DNA of 64,000 nucleotides from Takakia lepidozioides (lineage: Eukaryota; Plantae; Bryophyta). The position numbers and the translations under genes were made by a program. Below are positions 21,734 to 34,096 of this stretch, piece by piece; position 1 is the stretch's first letter, and the number at the start of each line of letters is the position of its first letter. Location: positions 23,188,001-23,252,000 of the forward strand of contig CM060734.1 of the NCBI GenBank assembly GCA_030704615.1, given 5' to 3'. Under the pieces are notes generated by a model. The model did no database searches and had not been told where the DNA came from. It saw only the letters and a list, made by a program, of their open reading frames with translations.

Positions 21734-24700
21734 ATGGGGTCGGGCAAGCCGAAGCGAAAGCGGAACGGCCCAAAAGATGAAGATCCTGGTGAGCCCGATG
21801 GGGGCGACGTGTCACCGAGGCGGCCGTTTGTGGAAGTGATGCATGTTTCTGAAAATGAGGCCGCTCAAGAGCAGGAGGAATCCGAGGAGTCGGAGCCCGA
21901 GGAATCCTTGAGAGCTCCGACAAACCAAGAGATGCCTCCCATGCCGGCAGCCTTTTGGGAAGGGTTGTTGGCGCAGTTTGGCGGGACGTTGAAAGACGTG
22001 TGAAGCGGCTTGGCAAAGTTTAAGGTGAAGCCTAAGGAACCCGGCACCTTCGAGGGCGTCCAAAATCGGGCACTCAACACCTAGCTCCTGGAGCTAAGAG
22101 CAGTACTTCCGGGCGGCCAAGTTGAGTGACGAGGATCGGGTGGAAGTGGCTCCCACCTATTTGAGGGCTATGCTCTCAACAATGTGGCAGAAACGCCTTC
22201 ACGACGAAGGTCAAGCCCGGAAACCTTGAACTGGAGTGGTTTCAAGGAATTGATGAAGAGACAGTTGTGTGCCCCTCAACGCGTCCTGTCTTGCCCGGGA
22301 CAAGATGAGGAATTTGAAGCAAACAAATGACATTCGGGGTAGGTCCAGCTTTCAATGTGTTTGTTGCTCGAAGTCGCGGACATGGCAGAACAAGAAATGG
22401 TCTTCAACTTTGTGGGCGGGACTGGGCCCATTGGTCCAGGCGGAAGTGGAGGAGAAGCCACCCAAGACTTTGAACGAGGTATAATTGAGAGGGCTGAATG
22501 TTTCTCGGATGTCCCTAGGGGTGAGAGACAAAGGCCGTACGGAGCTGAACCACAAGAAGACCCGGCGGGAAGGTGACTCCTTCTGACCGGAAAAAGAAGT
22601 GGGATAGGCCACGCGGCGACAATGGCACGTGGAAATCGAAGGGAGGGCCTTCACACGTCAAGGCGGCACCCGGTGCTTCGAAAGGAAAAGCGGGTGGAGC
22701 GGCTTATGGCGGACAGAAGGCGACCTTTGATGGAGTGTGTTTCAATTGTGGGGAGCCCGGGCACATGGCCAAGACAATTGAACATGACTCGGGCAACCAC
22801 GGAGCTGTCGGAAGATACCATCAGTCGCTTGGTGGAAGCGTGGTTCACCAGGACTTGCAAAGGTAGGCAACTACTTGTAGAGTTGTATCAGGAAACTGGT
22901 GCCTGCGTAAAGGGAGTCAGTTATTGTTCGTGAGATGGGATAATATCCGGAACTAATGTGTCGTTGTTGGTGGAACACAGGAGCGTCGCACTCCTTCAAG
23001 ACGCCGACTGCGGCGCGAAAAGTTGGGACTCCCGACAAGTGACGTGGGGGCCTCTATTGAGGTGCGTTATGCCAAAGGAGAACCGCAATTGGTGACAAGG
23101 TTAGCGTTTGATGTTCCTCTTCAACTAGGGAGTTGGGAGGGATGTGAAAACTTCACCATCTGCGAGATCGATGGAGTGGAATCTCATTTTGGGGATGACC
23201 TTTTAGAGCAAATCCGGAGCGGTCATATGATCGTCGAAAGAGAGTAGTCACGTGCATGTGGGAATGGTGGCGAGGTCTTACGAGTGTCGGAATACACCCA
23301 AACCCGTGGGGAGGGCGAATAAAATCTTCTGTCAGCAAAGGAGTGGCCGTGGAGGAGGCACACGAGCCCCAGTTTTTGCTCTATATTAGAGAATGAAGGG
23401 CGAAGGCGATGGGGAGCCGAGCCCAGATTGGATCAAGGGATTTGGAGAAATACCAGAATGGATGACGGAGGATTTACCAAGCGGTTTGCCACCGCGACGA
23501 GAGTTGACCACAAGATTGAGGTGATACCGGGATCGGAAACCGCCTGCCAAGGTGGCCCTACCGGTTGACCACAGAGAGTTGGTCGAGCTGAAGACTCAGC
23601 TTAAAGATCTAATGTCAAGGGGTACATCCGGCCGAGTAAGTCACCTTACGGAGCCCGGTGCTATTTGCAGATAAAAAGGATGGGACGCTGCGATGTGTGT
23701 CGATTACAGGGCTCTGAATAGGTGACTATCAAAACCGGTACCCTTTGCAAGGATCGACGACCTCTTCGATCGTTGGCAGGAGCGAAGTATTTCAGCCGGA
23801 TTGACTTGCGCTAACGGCTATCATCAAATTCGGGTGGCGAAGGAGATGAGGAGAAGACCGCGTGCAGGACAAGGTATGGTTTATATGAGTTCTTGGTGAT
23901 GCCTTTGGGCTCATCAATGCACCAGCGACATTTAGCACGCTGATGAACAGCCTTCAGAGTGGTTAGATGACTTGTGTGTCGTGTACATCGACGACATCTT
24001 GGTGTACTCGAAAGCAAAGGAGGAGCACCTGGAGCACCTGAAAAGGGTGTTCCAAAAATTGCGAGAAGGGAAGCGTGTATGCCAAAGTTTTAAAGTGTGA
24101 ATTCGGGTCACAAAAGTGGAGTTCTTGGGGCATGTGATTACACAGGATGGATCAAATGGATGACAGTAAAGGTGAGGGCAATCTTGGACTGGAGAGCCTA
24201 AGACTTCGGTCCCGGAGTGCGATCCTTCCTAGTGACTCGCCTCCTATTACCGGAAGTATGTGAGAAATTTTCGCCAAGATCGCGGGGCCGTTGTCAGACC
24301 TTCTGTGTAATCAAAGTCTGGGTATGGAACACCTTATTGTGGCCAAGCTTTTGCTGAATTGAAGTAGCGGATGGCGGAAGCTCCAGTCTTGAAAATCCCG
24401 GAGTTCATCGATCGTATACAGATGCGTCGGACTTCGCGATTGGGGGTGTACTGATGCAAGATGGACGTCCAGTGGCTTACGAAAGTAAGAACTGAATGAA
24501 GTGGAGCGACGGTGGCCCGACGCACGAGAAAGAGATAAAGGCGGTGGTCACTGTCTTGAGCTCTGGCGCCACTATGTTGGTTCCAACCCATGTGAGGTGT
24601 TCACGGACAATGTCACGGTGACGTATTTTGCCACGCAGCCCAAGTTGTCGCCAAAACAACTTAGGTGGCAAGATACTTTGGGCGGTGTTCGACGTGGATA

Positions 24701-26233
24701 TCCAGTACAAACCGGGACGAGACAACGTGGTGGCCGATGCTTTTAAGTAGAAAGCAGCAGCTCTGTTGGTGTACAAGGCGAGACGGCGCTCCAAAGGAAG
24801 ATCCGAAGGCCTTGCCCGAAGAAGATAGCTGGCAAAGTCGTGATGTAGGACTTGAGAATGGGGGTTAAATCGCAGTTCCACCTGGCAAAATGGGTTGCTC
24901 CGGTATAAGCAAAAGCATCTCTACGTGCCGAAGGGAGGATCAGAGATAGCCTCTTGAGAGAATGCCATGATTAGCCCGCTTGCAGGCCACGGCGGAGCCA
25001 AGCGCACTGCGGCACTCTTGAAGAAAGAGTATTTCTGGCCCAAACTGAGAGGAGGCAGAGGAGTATGTCAAGACATGCACCACATGCCAACAAAACCGGA
25101 GCGAGTAAAAAAGCAAGCGGGTTGTTACAACCCTTGCCGATTCCAGAGGGGACTTGGGAAAGCGTCTCGATGGATTTCATGACTGCTATGCCGCTGTTAA
25201 AAGGATTCGATGCAATCATGGTGGTGGTGGATAGGTTCAGTAAAATGGGCCATTTCATCCCCACCAAGGAGACGGCAACGGCGCAGGAGACAGGACAACT
25301 TTACTTCGCCCACGTCTTAAAGCATTATGGAGTCCCGAAGGATATTGTTCCGGACCGCGATCCAAAGTTTACGAGTAAATTCTGGAGAGCACTTTGGAAG
25401 AAGATGGGGACGAGGCTGAAGATGAGCACCGCCTTCCGACCTACGACGACGGCCAAACAGAAAGAGTGAATTCCGTAGTGAAGCAGATCTTGCGGAATTA
25501 CGTGTCGGCAGACCAAACAGACTGGGTGGAACACTTAGACGCGGCAGAGTTCTGTTATAATAACACAGAACACTCCGCAACGGGAGTTTCCCTTTCGTAT
25601 TGGTCTATGGAAAAGCACCTCTGGTGCCGACAAGTTGGGCCGCCCAGGACGTTGAGGAACCGGCAGTAGCGGCGGTACTGGAAGAACGCGAGCGTTTGTT
25701 GAAGCTCGCAAAGTACAACATTGTCAAAGCTAGGAAACGGTATGAAAGGCAGGCGAATCGGAAGCGGAGGGAAGTGAAGTTTGAGGCAGGCACAGAGGTC
25801 TGGTTGAACATCAAGAATTTCCGACTACCTCCGAAGTGAGTCCGAAGTTCGTACCTCCGTATGCGGGTCCCTTTCGCATTCGGAAGGTTATGAATGAGGA
25901 TGTGTATGAATTGGAGCTGCCGGCAAACAGCAAGGTGCACCCTGTATTCCATGTCTCCCTTTGAAGCCTTACTTCAAAGATGAAGCACGTCCGAATCGGC
26001 ATCAAGTGTTGCGTCCGCCACCTATGCTGTTGGATCATGAAAATGAACCTGAGTACGAGGTGGAGGCAATACTTAAGTCGAGGAGGTTCAAGAACCGAGA
26101 AACGGAGTATCTCGTCAAATGGAAGGGCTATCATCATGTGGAGGCATCTTGGGTGCGTGCCTCAGAAATGGGAAACGCATCCGAGGTGGTTGCAGCTTTC
26201 GAAGGGCGACCTCAAAAGCGGAAGAAGCGTTGA
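21734..26233 (+). pseudogene. gag-pol of chromovirus A
   Basis: Domain fragments in many frames; ends with chromodomain ORF 25961..26233. Confidence 0.9.
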
Positions 26234-27141
26234 TGGGGACATCAATCTTGGAGCGTGGGGGAGGAAATGTATGCTTAACCCGGCTTAGCTAGCTTAGGGA
26301 TCCGATTACAAAAACTTGTATTGTACAAAAATTTGTTATAAAGGAAATGGGTTCCAAATGTTGTGCATCCTATTTTGTTTGGAATGGTGATGCATGGTAT
26401 GGTTGGCTAGTGTGCAGAATGCATGCTAGCTTATAAAAGTGGGAGAGGTAAATTGGGTTAATCGTGTGTTTTGCGTAGTGCCGAAATCGGGTGACCCCCA
26501 TCCAAGGGGCAAGGAAACTTGCGCCTTCTTTGGGAGTTCACGTGCTAGTGCGCACCTGGCGCGTGCGCGTACTATAACTGCGCTACCGAGGGGGTTGCCT
26601 TGTAGTGCGGGCTAACGCGGAAGCTACGTGCTTCCGTTCACGTACTATAATCGTGTAGCCTCGGGACGAAGTCGTAGTGCGGCTTCGGCGTGTTCCCGTA
26701 CCTCAGGACAGCATTCCAAGGCGGACCCAATTGTAGTGATTGGGGCGCGCAGTTGGTTCAAGGTTATCTTCCTAGTCAAAGAGGGTTCCAGGTGAACCCT
26801 TGCTCAAGGTGATGCCAAAAGCGGCATCATGAGCGATCGCAAGCAATGTGTTGCAGCAGTAAGGCGATTCGATCCTCGGGGAGGATCGTTCCTTGGCCTT
26901 GAAGTAGGCCAAGAAGAGTGCACTGGGAGGAGCTAGAGGGGCTCCACCCTTGGCCGGGACTTGGAGGAAGTCGGCCGAACTAGCTAGTGGAGAGTAGAGT
27001 CAAGTGTGGGGTTTGGTTCTTTGCCATGGGACGCCATGGTACGGAAACAAACTCCTTGATGTGGGACGCCACAACTTGGATGTTCGTTTCTACAAAATGG
27101 ATAAGTCGATGAGGACATCGACTCCCTGTTGGTAGGGTGTG

Positions 27142-27862
27142 TGTCGCGGCCCTTTGCCTTGAGGGCAGGGGGTCATGACACATGAGGGGCTGCCCCTGTG
27201 GTGGGGGCAGCGGCAGCGATAGGTATGGGGGGCTGAAGCACCCTTGAGTGCCCAAGGCACTCAGGGAGCGGAGGCGCTCACTAGGTGGAGCCCCGCACAC
27301 CGGGTTGCGGTGGGGGTGGCTCCACAAGGGGTGGTGGTAGCTTAGCGGGACTTAGTGGGGGTGGCATAGGACTCACCATGGGGGTGGAGACCTCGTGGTG
27401 GGAGTCGTGGGGAGTCTTGGGACTCATCACGGTCCATAGGGGCCGTGGTGAGCGGGCCAAGACTCACGCGACTCATCACCGGGAGTCGAGGGTTTTCGTG
27501 GTGGTTCGCCATAAAAGGCATGGCTGGTTGTGAAACCCCCGCGGACAGCTAGAGAAGTATTATAGGGAGTAGTAACCCCGAGAACGGTGCAAGCCCGTTG
27601 GTGACCAAAAACTAGTGAGTAAGCGAGCGAGCTGGAAAGCGACCAAAGAGTGGGGAGCTATTCCGGACTGCCATCTACCAAAGGGAATTCCCCTAGTCTC
27701 AAATAGGTGGAGGATTTAGTGGGAAGCGAAGGGGGACCGTTATGTCCCGGTGAGCAGCCGAAGCTCCAAGTTGGCCCGGCGGCCAGGTTGAGAGTCAGGC
27801 GCGCGCATCAAAGCGAGTAACTATGACTTGAAGGGGAGCTTACCGAAGTGAGGTGCGCGACA
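27142..27862 (+). repeat. 3' LTR of chromovirus A
   Basis: Direct repeat of 20955-21678. Confidence 0.93.
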
Positions 27863-28552
27863 CTGGTACAGCAGCCAGCTTTTTCATCATCAATTCCATC
27901 TTTTCCATATACTCCTCAACAGTTTCATGCTTCCTTTGCTTTACTGTTGTAAACTTCCATACACTTCATCCTCAGTATTACTTGTCCTGAACCTGTTTCG
28001 GAATGTTGTATTCAAGCCATTCCAGGTTAGGAAATGATTATCAGGGAATCTTGCATACCATTCACTTGCTTTCTTGATAAAGTGAACAAGGAAACAATCT
28101 GATTTTGGCATCATCGCCATTCTCATTGTTCACTATACACATGTGCTCAAATTGGCTAATGTGTACATCGGGATCCCCTTTTCCTGAATATATTGGAAAA
28201 TGTGGTTTTGCCCGTGTTGGTTGTAACACCATCTGTGGCCCTACCTTTTGCCCACTCCCTGCTACTGGCCCCACGATATTCATAGTATTCCCAGCTCCAG
28301 TTGCACTACTTCCCACACTCCCTGTCCCCCCAGAGTCAGATCCAGGCAGCCCGCCTGATCCCCCTGAGCCGACACCTTCGTTGGCCTGTGATCCAAGTGC
28401 TCCACTTGATCTAGGTCCAACGGGTTGGGATGTCCTGGTTGTAGTCTCAACCTCAGCTGTTGGGTCTACTTCTTCATACTCTTCATCTTCCAATTTCTTT
28501 TCTCTATTTTCATCTTCCAATTTCTTTTCTCTATTTTCATCATCCAAGTTCT
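27863..28552 (-). pseudogene. Retrotransposon gag fragment (non-chromovirus family)
   Basis: FPIYSGKGDPDVHISQF..KIRLFPCSL..ASEWY..TWNGLNTTFRNRF; 27-bp tandem repeat (DENREKKLE) ~28480-28545. Confidence 0.8.
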
Positions 28553-29045
28553 GTCCGCCTTGGAATGCTGGCCTGAGGTACGGGAACACGCCGAAGCCGC
28601 ACTACGACTTCGTCCCGAGGCTACACGATTATAGTACATTGAACGAAAGCACGTAGCTTCCGCGTTAGCCCGCACTACAAAGCAACCCCCTCGGTAGCGC
28701 AGTTATAATATGCGCACGCGCCAGGTGCGCACTAGCACGTGAACTCCTAAAGAAGGCGCAAGTTTCCTTGCCCCTTGGATGGGAGTCACCCGATTTCGGC
28801 ACTGCGCAAACACACGATTAACCCAATTTACCTCTCCCACTTTTATAAGCTAGCATGCATTCTACACACTAGCCAACCACACCATGCATCACCATTCCAA
28901 ACAAAATAGGACGCACAACATTTGGAACCCATTTCCTTTATAACAAACTTTTGTACAATACAAGTTTTTGCAATCGGATTCCTAAGCTAGCTAAGCCAGG
29001 CTAAGCATACATTTCCTCCCCCACGCTCCAAGGTTGATGACCCCA

Positions 29046-32000
29046 TCAACGCTTCTTCCGCTTTTGAGGTCGCCTTTCAAAAACTGCAACCGCCTCGGAT
29101 GCATTTCCCATTTCTGAGGCACGCACCCAAGATGCCTCCACATGATGATAGCCCTTCCATTTGACAAGATACTCCGTTTCTCGGTTCTTGAACCTCCTCG
29201 ACTTAAGTACTGCCTCCACCTCGTACTCAGGTTCATTTTCATGATCCAACAGCACAGGTGGCGGACGCAACACTTGATGCCGATTCGGACGCGCTTCATC
29301 TTTGAAGTAAGGCTTCAAAAGGGAGACGTGGAATACTGGATGCACCTTGCTGTTTGCCGGCAGCTCCAATTCATACACATTCTCATTCATAACCCTCCGG
29401 ATGTGAAAGGGTTCCGCATACGGAGGTACGAACTTTGGACTCACTTCCGGAGGTAGTCGGAAATTCTTGATGTTCAACCAGACCTCCGTGCCTGCCTCAA
29501 ACTTCACTTCCCTCCGCTTCCGATTCGCCTGCCTTTCATACCGTTTCCTAGCTTTGGCAATGTTGTACTTTGCGAGCTTCAACAAACGCTCGCGTTCTTT
29601 CAGTACCGCCGCTACTGCCGGTTCCTCAACGTCCTGGGCGGCCGAACTTGTCGGCACCAGAGGTGCTTTTCCATAGACCAATACGAAAGGGGAAACTCCC
29701 GTTGCGGAGTGTTCTATGTTATTATAACAGAACTTTGCCGCGTCTAAGTGTTCCACCCAGTCTGTTTGGTCTGCCGACACGTAATTCCGCAAGATCTGCT
29801 TCACTACGGAATTCACTCTTTCTGTTTGGCCGTCGGTCGTAGGTCGGAAGGCGGTGCTCATCTTCAGCCTCGTCCCCATCTTCTTCCAAAGTGCCCTCCA
29901 AAATTTACTCGTTAACTTTGGATCGCGGTCCGGGACAATATCCTTCGGGACTCCATGATGCTTTAAGACGTGGGCGAAGTAAAGTCGTCATGTTTCCTGC
30001 GCCGTTGCCGTCTCTTTGGTGGGGATGAAATGGCCCATTTTACTGAACCTATCCACCACCACCATGATTGCATCGAATCCTTTTGACAGCGGCATAGCAG
30101 TCATGAAATCCATCGAGACGCTTTTCCAAGTCCCCTCTGGAATCGGCAAGGGTTGTAAGAGCCCCGCTTGCTTTTTGTACTTGCTCTGGTTTTGTTGGCA
30201 TGTGGTGCATGTCTTGACATACTCCTCTACCTCCTCCCTCAGTTTGGGCCAGAAATACTCTTTCTTTAAGAGTGCCGCAGTGCGCTTGGCTCCGCCGTGG
30301 CCCGCAAGCGGGCTATCATGGCATTCTCTCAAGAGGCTATCTCTGATCCTCCCTTTGGCACGTAGTAGAGACGCTTTTGCTTATACCAGAGCAGTCCATT
30401 TTGCAAGTGGAACTGCGATTTAACCCCCATCCTCAAGTCCTGCATCACGGACTTTGCCAGCTCATCCTTCCGGCAAGCCTTCCGGATCTCTTTGGAGCGC
30501 CGTCTCGCCCCTGTACACCAACATGAGCTGCTGCTTTCTACTTAAAGCATCGGCCACCACGTTGTCCCGTCCCAGTTTGTACTGGATATCCACATCGAAC
30601 ACCGCCAAAGTATCTTGCCACCTAAGTTGGACAACTTGGGCTGCGTGACAAAATACTTCACCGTGACATTGTCCGTGAACACCTTCACTGGGTTGGAACC
30701 AACATAGTGGCGCCAAAGCTCAAGACAGTGCACCACCGCCTTCATCTCTTTCTCGTGCGTCGGCCACCGTCGCTCTACTTCATTCAGTTTCTTACTTTCA
30801 TAAGCCACTGGACGTCCATCTTGCATCAGTACACCCCCAATTGCGAAGTCCGACGCATCTGTATGAATCTCGAACGGACGATCGAACTCCGGGATTTTCA
30901 AGACTGGAGCTTCCGCCATCCGCTACTTCAATTCAGCAAAAGCTTGGCCACAAAAGGTGTTCCATGCCCAGACTTTGGATTTACACAGAAGGTCTGACAG
31001 CGGCCCCGCGATCTTGGCGAAATTTCTCACATACTTCCGGTAATAGGAGGCGAGTCCTAGGAAGGATCGCACTCCCGGGACCAAAGTCGAAGGCTCCCAG
31101 TCCAAGATTGCCCTCACCTTCCTGTCATCCATTCTGATCCCATCCTGTGTAATCACATGCCCCAGGAACTCCACTTTTGTGACCCCGAATTCGCACTTTG
31201 AAGCTTTGGCATACAGCTTCCCTTCCCGCAATTTCTGGAACACCATTTTGAGGTGCTCCAAGTGCTCCTCCTTTGTTTTTGAATACACCAAGATGTCGTC
31301 GATGTACACGATCACAAAGTCATCCAACCACTCCTGGAAAAGGCTGTTCATCAGCGTGCTAAAGGTCGCGGGAGCGTTGGTGAGTCCAAAAGGCATCACG
31401 AAGATTTCATATGAACCATACCTTGTCCTGCACCCGGTCTTCTCCTCATCTCCTTCCGCCACTCGAATTTGATGATAGTCGGAGCGCAGATCGATCCGGC
31501 TGAAATACTTCGCTCCTGTCAACCGATCGAAAAGGTCGTCGATCCTTGGCAAAGGGTACCGGTTTTTGATAGTCACCTTATTCAAAGCCCTGTAATCGAC
31601 ACACATCCGCAGCGTCCCATCCTTCTTGTCTGCGAATAGCACCGGGGCTCCGTAAGGTGACTTACTCGGCCGGATGTACCCCTTTGACATTAGATCTTTG
31701 AGCTGAGTCTTTAGCTCGACCAACTCTCTGTGGCTACCTTGCAAGTCCTGGCGACCACCGCTTCCAACAAGCAACTGATGGTATCCTCCGACAGCTCTGT
31801 GGTCGCCTGAGTCATGTTCAATTGCCGGGGCTTCGTGCACTTCTTGGCCATGTGCCCGGGTTCCCCGCAATTGAAACACACTCCATCAAAGGTCGCCTTT
31901 TGTCCGCCATAGGCCGCTCCACCCGCTTTTCCTTTCGAAGCACCGGGTGCCGCCTTGATTTGTGAAGGCCCTCCCTTCGATTTCCACGTGCCATTGTCAC

Positions 32001-32878
32001 CGCGTGGCCTATCCCACTTCTTTTTCGGTCGGAAGGAGTCACCTTCCCGCCGGGTCTTCTTGTGGTTCAGCTCCGTACGGCCTTGTCTTTCACCCTTAGG
32101 GACATCCGAGAAACATTCAGCCCTCTCAATTGCCTCGTTCAAAGTCTTAGGTGGCTTCTCCTCCAACTTCCGCCTGGCCCATGGGGCCAATCCCGCCACA
32201 AAGTGAAGACCATTTCTGTTCTGCCATGTCCGCAACTTCGAGCAAAGCACATTGAAAGCTGGACATATCCCCGAATGTCATCTGTTTGCTTCAAATTCCT
32301 CATCTTGTCCCGGGCGAGCCAGGACGCGTTGAGGGGCACAAACTGCCTCTTCATCAATTCCTTGAACCCACTCCAGTTCAAGGTTTCCGGGCTTGGACCT
32401 CGGTCGTGAAGGCGTTCTGCCACCATTGTTGAGCATAGCCCCTCAAATAGGTGGGAGCCACTTCCACCGATCCTCGTCACTCAATTGGCCGCCCGAAAGT
32501 ACTGCTCTAGCTCCAAGAGCCAGGTGTTGAGTGCCTTCCGATTTTGGACGCCCTCGAAGGTGCCGGGTTCCTTAGGCTTCACCTTAAACTTTGCCTTAGT
32601 GGAAGTGGCATTAGCCGCCTTCAACACGTCTTTCAAAGTCCCGCCAAATTGCGCCAACAACCCTTCTCAAAAGGCTGCCGGCATGGGAGGCATCTGTTGG
32701 TCGGTCGGAGCTCTCAGGGATTCCTTAGGCTCCGACTCCTCAGATTCCTCCCGCTCTTGAGCGGCCTTGTTTTCGGAAACATGAATCGCTTCCTCAAACG
32801 GCCGCCTCGGTGACACGTCGCCAGGATCATCATCTTTTGTGCCGTTCCGCTTTCGCTTTGGCTTGCCCGACCCCATGA
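29046..32878 (-). pseudogene. gag-pol of chromovirus B
   Basis: ORFs 31711..32250 (CCHC), 30923..31879 (RT), 30542..30919 (RNase H), 29988..30332 and 29046..29879 (integrase + chromodomain). Confidence 0.92.
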
Positions 32879-32917
32879 TGAGGCCAATCCCAAGGACGAT
32901 CACGTACTGAACTCTAA

Positions 32918-32929
32918 GCTCTGATACCA
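32918..32929 (-). promoter_or_regulatory. Primer binding site (tRNA-iMet) of B
   Basis: Reverse complement TGGTATCAGAGC. Confidence 0.9.
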
Positions 32930-32931
32930 AA

Positions 32932-33662
32932 TATCGCGCACCTCACTTCGGTAAGCTCCCCCCTCAAGTCATAGATACTCGCTTGATGCGCGCGCCTAAC
33001 TCCCAACCTGGCCGCCGGGCCAACTTGGAGCTCTGGCTGCTCACCGGGGCATAACGGTCCCCCTTTGATCTCCCAAAGAACCCTCCAACGATTTGGAACC
33101 AGCGGGAATTCCCTTTGGTAGTTGGCAGTCCGAAACAGCTCCCCACTCTTTGGTCGCTTTCCGGCTCGCTCGCTTACTCACTAGTTTTTGGTCACAACGG
33201 GCTTGCACGTTCTCGGGTTACTACTCCCTATATATACTCTGTAGCTGTCCGCGGGGGTTTCACAAAAACCATGCCATTTTATGGCGAACCACCACGAACA
33301 CCCTCGACTCCCGGTGATGAGTCGCGGTGAGTCTTGGCCCACCCACCACGGCCCCTATGGACCGTGATGAGTCCCAAGACTCCCCACGACTCCCACCACG
33401 AGGTCTCCGCCCCAGAGTGAGTCCTATGCCACCCCCACTAAGTCCCACTAAGTCCCGCTAAGCTACCACCACCCCTTGTGGAGCCACCCCCACCGCAACC
33501 CGGTGTGCGGGGCTCCACCTAGTGAGCGCCTCCGCCTCCTTGAGTGTCTTGGGCACTCAAAGGTGCTTCAGCCCACCATACCTATCGCTACCACTGCCCC
33601 CACCACAGGGGCAGCCCCTCTTGTGTCCCGACCCCCTGCCCTCAAGGCAAAGGGCCGCGACA
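32932..33662 (-). repeat. 5' LTR of chromovirus B
   Basis: Inverted copy of 20955-21678. Confidence 0.92.
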
Positions 33663-33968
33663 CACAGTGTGTGTAAGAAGGGATTGCTTGTGGATCCCAG
33701 AAAGATAGAGGCCATTAAAGTATGTCCACCACTAGGAAATGTTAAAAGTCTAAGGAGATTCCTTGGACAAACCAGTTACTACAAAAGGTTTGTCAGACGG
33801 TATACACATATGGCAGCACCATTGAGCAAGTTTCTGAAGAAGGATGCAGTGTTTACATGGACAGCTGAATGTCAACAGGCTTTTGAGGAACTTACATTGT
33901 CAGTAACAACTACACCTGTGCTGATTAACCCTCACTGGCACGTAGTATTTCATGTATACTGTGATGCC
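33663..33968 (+). pseudogene. Gypsy G2 pol fragment (RT thumb to RNase H YCDA)
   Basis: VCKKGLLVDP..RRFLGQTSYY..FHVYCDA; resumes at 41596 (LGAVLAQN). Confidence 0.9.
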
Positions 33969-34096
33969 ACCAGTGAGAGCTCCATGCGATCGGGCTGCGC
34001 GCAGCTGATCGAGCACCGAACCCCCCATTTTGCTTCTGTAATTCTTAGACTGAATGCTAGGAGACTTGAATGCAGAACATGTTTGCATGCCTAACA

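Larger units (their letters stand above)
20955..27862 (+). mobile_element. Chromovirus-type Ty3/Gypsy LTR retrotransposon A, full length, frameshifted
   Basis: Two ~720-bp LTRs (TGTCGCG...CGCGACA), tRNA-iMet PBS, gag CCHC knuckle, protease, RT YIDD, RNase H, integrase with GPF motif and chromodomain (EYEVEAIL..YLVKWKGY..SW). Flanks do not form a TSD. Confidence 0.93.
28553..33662 (-). mobile_element. Chromovirus B: 5' LTR, PBS, gag-pol with protease deleted, 3' LTR missing
   Basis: Reverse-complement homologue of A; junction near 31735 removes ~700 bp (A ~22868-23568); homology stops at ~28553. Confidence 0.92.

Noticed and set aside
26268-27141. Start of the chromovirus 3' LTR at 26268
   Set aside because: The segment is not repeated at the 5' end; the paired LTRs begin TGTCGCG at 20955 and 27142.
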